Shown: positions 58,515 through 64,000 of the stretch, piece after piece | Position numbering within the stretch: position 1 is the first letter of the stretch | How the letters are laid out: the number at the start of each line of letters is the position of its first letter | From: Thecamonas trahens ATCC 50062 | Taxonomy: Eukaryota; Protista; Apusomonadida | Assembly: GCF_000142905.1 (NCBI RefSeq) | Contig: NW_013657673.1 | Location: forward strand, 484,701-548,700 | Reading direction: 5' to 3' | Length of the DNA stretch: 64,000 nt | The notes under the pieces: model-generated | The model's input: the letters and a program-made list of their open reading frames with translations, nothing else | What the model was told of the DNA's origin: nothing | Database searches by the model: none | Made by a program: the position numbers and the translations under genes

Positions 58515-59968
58515 GCTGTCTGTCGTGAGAGCCGAGCCGTCGTCGGTGGTCTCGTACTCGGTTGTCGACCATGAAGTGATGTCGAATGCGGCGCGGGACG
58601 GCTCGCGCTTGCCCGACGCCGCCCACGAGAGGCCACACACACCGGTGAGGGTGATGGCGATGCCGACCAGCTCGAGCCACGACGGTTCGATGCCGACCGT
58701 GAGGTCGAGCAGGACCGTAAGGGCGGCGGAGCCGTTGGCGATGGCCGTCACGATGCCAGCGTGGCCGACCGAGATGCCAACGTTGACGAGAAAGACGCCT
58801 GAGGCGAGGAGAGCGCCAGCGGCGGTGGCCATGGCGACCTGGGCGGCGGTTAGGTCGGTGGTCGCCGCGCCGCGCGCAGCTTGGATGGCAACGACAACGA
58901 CGCCAAGCACGCCGTGGGTGAGCTCGTACACCACGTTGGCATGGGCCCAGTTGATGTTGCGACGGACAGCACCAAATTCGATGGCCAGGTTCGCGCCCGA
59001 GAACATGAGGAGAGTGCAAAAGGCAAAGGCGATGGGTGTAAAGGTGCCGCCGAGTCCGGCGTCGAGCGAGATGACGACCACGCCGGCGGTGGCCACGACC
59101 AAGAACACCCACTGGAGCGCAAGAAGCTTCTCGCCAAAGAACGCCCATGAAAGGAGCGAGACGAGGACACCAGCCACCGAGGCCACCGCCAGCACTGCGC
59201 CCTTGGCAGACTGATCGGCGTCAAAAGCAAGAGTGAGGGTGAGAGTGCCGATGGCATTGAACAGCGCCGAGAGGACCAGCACGCCATGATAGGCCCAGCC
59301 AACGCGGGCGACCTCGGATGAAGCGCTGCGCCAGGCATTGCGCGCGCCACGGCCAAAGGCCTGCCACACCGAGCCGGCGCCTTTGTCGTCGACGCCATCC
59401 ATCGACGAGTGCGAGGCGTAGGCGAGCGGGCGTTCCGGTGACGGATCAGCGACCGTAAGCATGACGACCGCCAGAGCGCTCGTGACAACCACGCACACAA
59501 TGCCGTAGCCGAGGTAGAGAAAGTGGATGACTGTAAAAGGAGCGGTGGGCCCTGCATCTGCCAGCGCCCGCCCCAGAAGAAAGGCCGCAAAGGCAAAAAG
59601 ATGAGTGCACCCAGCGCGACCGCCACTGATGTCGAGACAATCTTGGACGTCATGCTGTGCGAGCTATCGCCGCCGCGGGCGTCTCCCTCGACCAGATCGT
59701 ACGGCACACGATGGTCAGCATGTGCCGGCGATGGCAGATGCAAGTCGCTGTTCAGCGAGAGCAGCTCTGACAAGGTGCCATCGGTCTCGTTGGAGTACGT
59801 CGACTGTCCTCTATCCGACGTTTGGGAGTTTCGGGTTGAGCGGATGGAGCGGTTGGTTGAGTCGGCTGAGTGCAGTGACTCAGATGAGTGGGGTGATGAT
59901 GAGTTGCGGCGGTGGGTGAGGCCAGCTGACGACACCAAGGAGGCCGAGTAGCTGTTGTATCTGCCCAT
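58509..59968 (-). CDS. DMT/EamA-superfamily multi-pass transporter with Ser-rich N-terminal tail (apparent frameshift ~59597)
   Basis: About 10 hydrophobic segments in two repeats; LLSWAFFGEKL...QW and GIEPSW.EL.GI EamA-type motifs; adding one T restores ALIFFAFAAFLLG. Confidence 0.7.
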
Positions 59969-60088
59969 GGGAGGGGAAGGGTGTGGGTGCAGACGTGAGG
60001 TGTGTGGGTGGTGTGGGGGAGTGGGGTGGTGTGAGTGGGGTGGGCGGGGCGGGCGGGCGACGGCGTCGCGGTGGCTGTGTTTGTGTGT

Positions 60089-63000
60089 TTACCGATCAGG
60101 CTCTTCGGCCCATTCTTTGGAGCGGGGGTCGTTGTGGCCATGGTCCTGGGGAATATCAACGGCCTGGACTCCGGCGGCAGCTTCCCAGACCTCGCTAGGA
60201 CGCGGCGACTTGCGGGCGAGGACGTTGGGGTTTGCGGAAAGGGGAGCAGCAGTGTGCTTGGGCGGCGAGGCATGGGCAGCCTCGAGACCCTCCATGATGT
60301 AGCGGACATGCTCCTCGGGCGCGCCGTCGTAGGCGTACGACGACTCGCGATCCTTGTTGAAGCGCGAGGCCGGCCAGGGCGTCGAAGCGGCGGTGCGACC
60401 AGAGACCGGGAGCAGCGGAGTGGCGGCGGCGCGGTAGTCGCCTTCAGGCGAGTCAGAGTCCGAGCCCGCAAGGAGGCCGAGCTTGAACTGCTCCTGGACA
60501 ATGACGTACGGCTCGGGAGCGAACCAGCGACGAACAAACTTGAACGTGACATCCGGGATGAGGGCGATGACCGGGATGAGGATGAGGGTAAACCAGAAGC
60601 GCGGGGCGGCAAACATGTACGGGGCGACGTAGTACATGGACCAGAGGTCGGAGAAGACCGGACCCATGAAGGAGAAGAGGAGGATGTACAGAAAGTAGCC
60701 ACCGCCGTTGAGGGCAAGGGCAAGCCAGTTGAGCCAGGAAAAGGTGTTGGTCTCGAAGCAGAGCTTGACGGTGACGGTGACGACGATGCACGACATGATG
60801 ACAAGGCCGTTGTAGTAGAGTCCAGCGGTCTGGCCCGACGAGTCGACGGCGCCTTGGCCGACGGCGGCCTCGCCGAGGTAGTAGAAGATGAGCGAGTGAT
60901 AGAGCGAGGCGAGGAGCCAGCCACAAAAGCCGCGGATGGAGAAAAACCGGTTAGCTGGGCCGGTTCGGTAGAGGCGCGGCTGAGCGAGAAGCACCGCACG
61001 AGGCAGGCACTGGTCGTAGAGGCCGACAATGAGGATGGGGAGCGCGGTGTACGAGACGTTGTACAGCGAGAAGGTCCACTTCTCCACAAAGGTCTGGCCC
61101 GAGTACCCGTTGGCAAAGACAAACCAAAAGGGACGAGCGCGAGGGCGATGTTCTTGTAGAACGAGTAGAAGATGAGCTTGGCGATGCGGTGGTAGCACCA
61201 GTGGCCGTGGACGAGAAGCAGCGGCTTGAGGTACTTGAACTGACCGATGGCGTAGTCGGCGGAGAGAGCGGCCTGGCCGCCTTCCTCGCCATTGATGCCG
61301 ACGCCGATGTGGGCCTCCTTGATCATGTCGACGTCGTTGGCACCGTCGCCAATGGAGAGGGTCACTGGGTCGAGCGCATCCTGGACGAACTTGACGACCT
61401 GCGCCTTTTGGGCGGGCGAGACGCGGCAGCCGATGACCGACTTGCACGCAGTGGTCAGCTCGAGGAGCTTGGCCGAAAGCGTTGAGGTGAGGTTGTGGAC
61501 CTTGTCGGGGCGGCGTCCGGCCGGCCGAGGAGCATCTCGAGGGTGGTACCGTCGACGACGCAGGCGTACTCACGCGACGCGGCGCCCGACGATGACCGAG
61601 TGGTTAGCGCAGAACCGAGCTCGTCGAGGTAGCGCTCGAGGAGGGCGAGGAGGTCAGCGTGGCTGAGAAGCGTATCGTCGTCCTCAGAGCCAGCGTTGAC
61701 AACAAACAGACGCATGTCTTCGTCGAGGAGCTTGCACGACTTGCCAATCATGATGGCGGTCTCCTGCTTGTCGCCGGTGAGAACCCAGACCTTGATGCCG
61801 GCCTCGCGGAGCGAGGCAATGGTGTCAGGAACCTGATCCTGCAGCTTGTCTTCGATGGCGGTGGCGCCGACGAGGGTGAGGTTCTGCTCGATCTCTGCAG
61901 CGAGGTCAGCAAGCTCAGACTTGCGGGCCTTGTCCTCGAGTTCGAGCGCGGCGTCTACGCGGGCCTGCCAGGGCTCGTACTCGGTAGGGTCGAGCTCGCG
62001 GACGGCGCAGACAAGCGTCCGAAGACCGTCCTTGGCATAGGCGTCGAGGTGGGCCTGGGTCACGTTTGCAGTAGCCGAGTTGATGGCGTCGCCCTCGGCG
62101 AGGAGGTCGTAGATCATGGTGTCTGCGCCCTTGCAGTAGAGCATGATGCGGTCGTCGGGAGTGCGGACAACGACGGACATGCGCTTGCGGGTCGAGTTGA
62201 AGGCGTTGACGTGGAGAACGTCGTACACGCGCTCGGTGGCGTCGTAGATGCGGACGGTGACGGTGGAAGGGGTGCGGGCGATGAAGCGCCAGCCAAAAGC
62301 GGCGGCAGCGTTGACGAGGGCGCCCTCGTCGGGCGAGGCGGCCTGGTAAACGAGGCCACCGGGAGCGTCGGGCGCAGCCTCGGGGATGACGGTGTGGCAC
62401 ACGCCGAGGAGGGTGAAGAACTCTTCGGTGATGCGCCCGAGCTCGGGAGAGGCGGCGGCGTGGACAAGGCGCTCGTCCTCGTCGACAAAGCAGACGTGCG
62501 GGACAGGGGTGGAGGCGACAAATGGGGCCGAGGCGAGGTCGGTGAGGCCCGGCAGCGGGTGGGCGGCAGGGTGCGGATCCGGCAGCGGCGGGAGGGTGTC
62601 TGCGGGCGCGGCGTAGGTAGCGGTGCCCTCGCCGTAGGCGCGGCCGCCGATGGTCAGCTTCTTGAACTCCATCAGGTTGCAGGTCAGCGTGCCGGTCTTG
62701 TCGGAGAAGATGTACTCGACCTGGCCGAGCTCCTCGTTGAGGTTCGAGGTCCGTGAAATGCACGGGATGTCCTTCTCGCCGTAGTACATGGAGACGTCCT
62801 GGTCGATGAGCTTGGACTGGCCAAACTTGACAGTCTCCATGGAGACGTAGAGCGAGATGGGGATGAGGTTAGAGAAGAGAATGAGAAAAGTGAGGAAGGA
62901 GAGTGCGCCTTCCGAGGCCGGCGAGACCGAGCCGAGCATGAGGTAGGTGGCGTCGTCCTTGGAGGTTGTGAGCCAGATGCCGTTGCCGACGGCGCAGATG

Positions 63001-63869
63001 ATGCAGAGGAGGAGCTCAAAGAGAAAGACGAGGACGATGAGGGTGTTGGTCACCCGCTCGACGTTGGACTTCTTGAGGCGGACCTTGTTCGACGACTTCA
63101 TGATCTTGGTGTCCTGGCCGGTGTAGACGACGAGGCCGTAGACCCAGCGAGTGTTGCGGAGCTGCGACTCGCGGAGCAGAATCTGCTTGTTGGAGACGCG
63201 AAGCGTGCCCGAGGCGACCGAGTTGAGCGCGAGCTCGCCGGAGAACGAGTACATGGCCGCATTGGGCGGGTCACAGCGCAAGGCGCCCCGCAGATGCGAG
63301 ATCTCGCCATACAGCTCAGCAGTGGCAGGCAGGGCTTGGCGGATCTTGAGGTTGGTCTCGCCGTCGAGGTTGGACGTCTCGATGTAGCACATGCCTTGCG
63401 GCCCGGACGAGGCGAGGAGGAGCAGATCAGCAGGGAAAAACTCTTTGTCAATGCATCGGACAATGTCACCGACGACGACCTCGCGCCAGGTGACTTCGAG
63501 CTCGATGCCATTGCGAAGAACGGTAGTGTGACGGTTGTTGACGCCGTCATCGTTCCGATGACGATGCCAATCTTCCAGAGCTTCTTTGACGGCGGTAAAG
63601 CCAAGAACAACAGCCAGAGTCAAAGCAGTCGTACCCGAACCAAGAGGAGAGACACCTGGGATTTGTTGGAGAATGGCGATGAGGAGAAAGTAGACATTAG
63701 CAATGCGACCAAACTGTTCGTAGAGGTTGAGAGGGAGAAAGGTGAGCGCTGTGTACTTGTACGTCTGAATTCGATTGTGCCGAAAGCCCCGTGTTGCGTT
63801 AGCTTCGGCTGCGTTGACGTCGATGACCCGAATGTGTTCTCCGCCTCCTCTTCCCCAGCTGTTGCCCAT
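60089..63869 (-). CDS. P4-type ATPase phospholipid flippase (Drs2/ATP8A-like); apparent frameshifts ~61509 and ~61130
   Basis: NRIQTYKYTALTFLP; ETSNLDGETNLK; LIPISLYVS; DKTGTLT; YQAASPDEGAL; KGAD; WVLTGDKQETA; CRVSPAQKA; IGDGANDVDMI; YSFYKN. Confidence 0.96.
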
Positions 63870-64000
63870 CCTACTCCTTGCCTGTGACTGTGAGTGGGGT
63901 GTGTCCGTCGCTGTGGCTGTGGTTGGTTGGGTGTGTCGAGGCGGTGTGTGGCATGTGCGGGCATTGGGTGGTCGGATCGAATGCAGTGCGTGGGGACAAG

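Noticed and set aside
53268-63869. XK scramblase-like gene and P4 flippase close together as a lipid-asymmetry cluster
   Set aside because: They are separated by three unrelated genes, and proximity in a compact eukaryotic genome is not evidence of co-function.
1-64000. Numerous long antisense or alternate-frame ORFs (e.g. 28703-30187 -, 57601-59214 +, 23350-24849 +)
   Set aside because: Expected shadows of GC-rich coding sequence; low-complexity Arg/Pro/Ser translations with no motifs.

Overview
This is a GC-rich, gene-dense, intron-poor eukaryotic genomic window, not prokaryotic. The flagellar gene SPAG6/PF16, ESCRT-II, spliceosomal genes and the compact layout fit a flagellated protist; an apusomonad such as Thecamonas is my inference only. 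About 23 protein-coding genes are supported. Recognisable ones are a homocysteine S-methyltransferase (5'-partial), CSB/ERCC6, DUS3, TMEM244, TMEM131, a RUN-FYVE protein, SPAG6, NOP2, an RRM-SURP-CID splicing factor, VPS36, an XK-family protein, PRP31, a DMT/EamA transporter and a P4-ATPase flippase. The most unusual items are domain architectures: a DEP + TM-less Qc-SNARE fusion, a FERM-IQ-RasGEF-cNMP protein, a bacterial-type PA-domain thermolysin (M4) with a C-terminal membrane anchor, a ~2230-aa LamG/FG-GAP/beta-helix/Cys-rich multi-TM receptor, and a WH2-like motif on a CDC123-like ATP-grasp. Sixteen apparent single-base frameshifts, all of the same polarity, interrupt 12 genes and are most likely consensus under-calls. 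Two N gaps are present (2760-2881, 22409-22508). No rRNA, tRNA, CRISPR or intact mobile element was recognised. All domain calls are by-eye motif recognition, with no database search.
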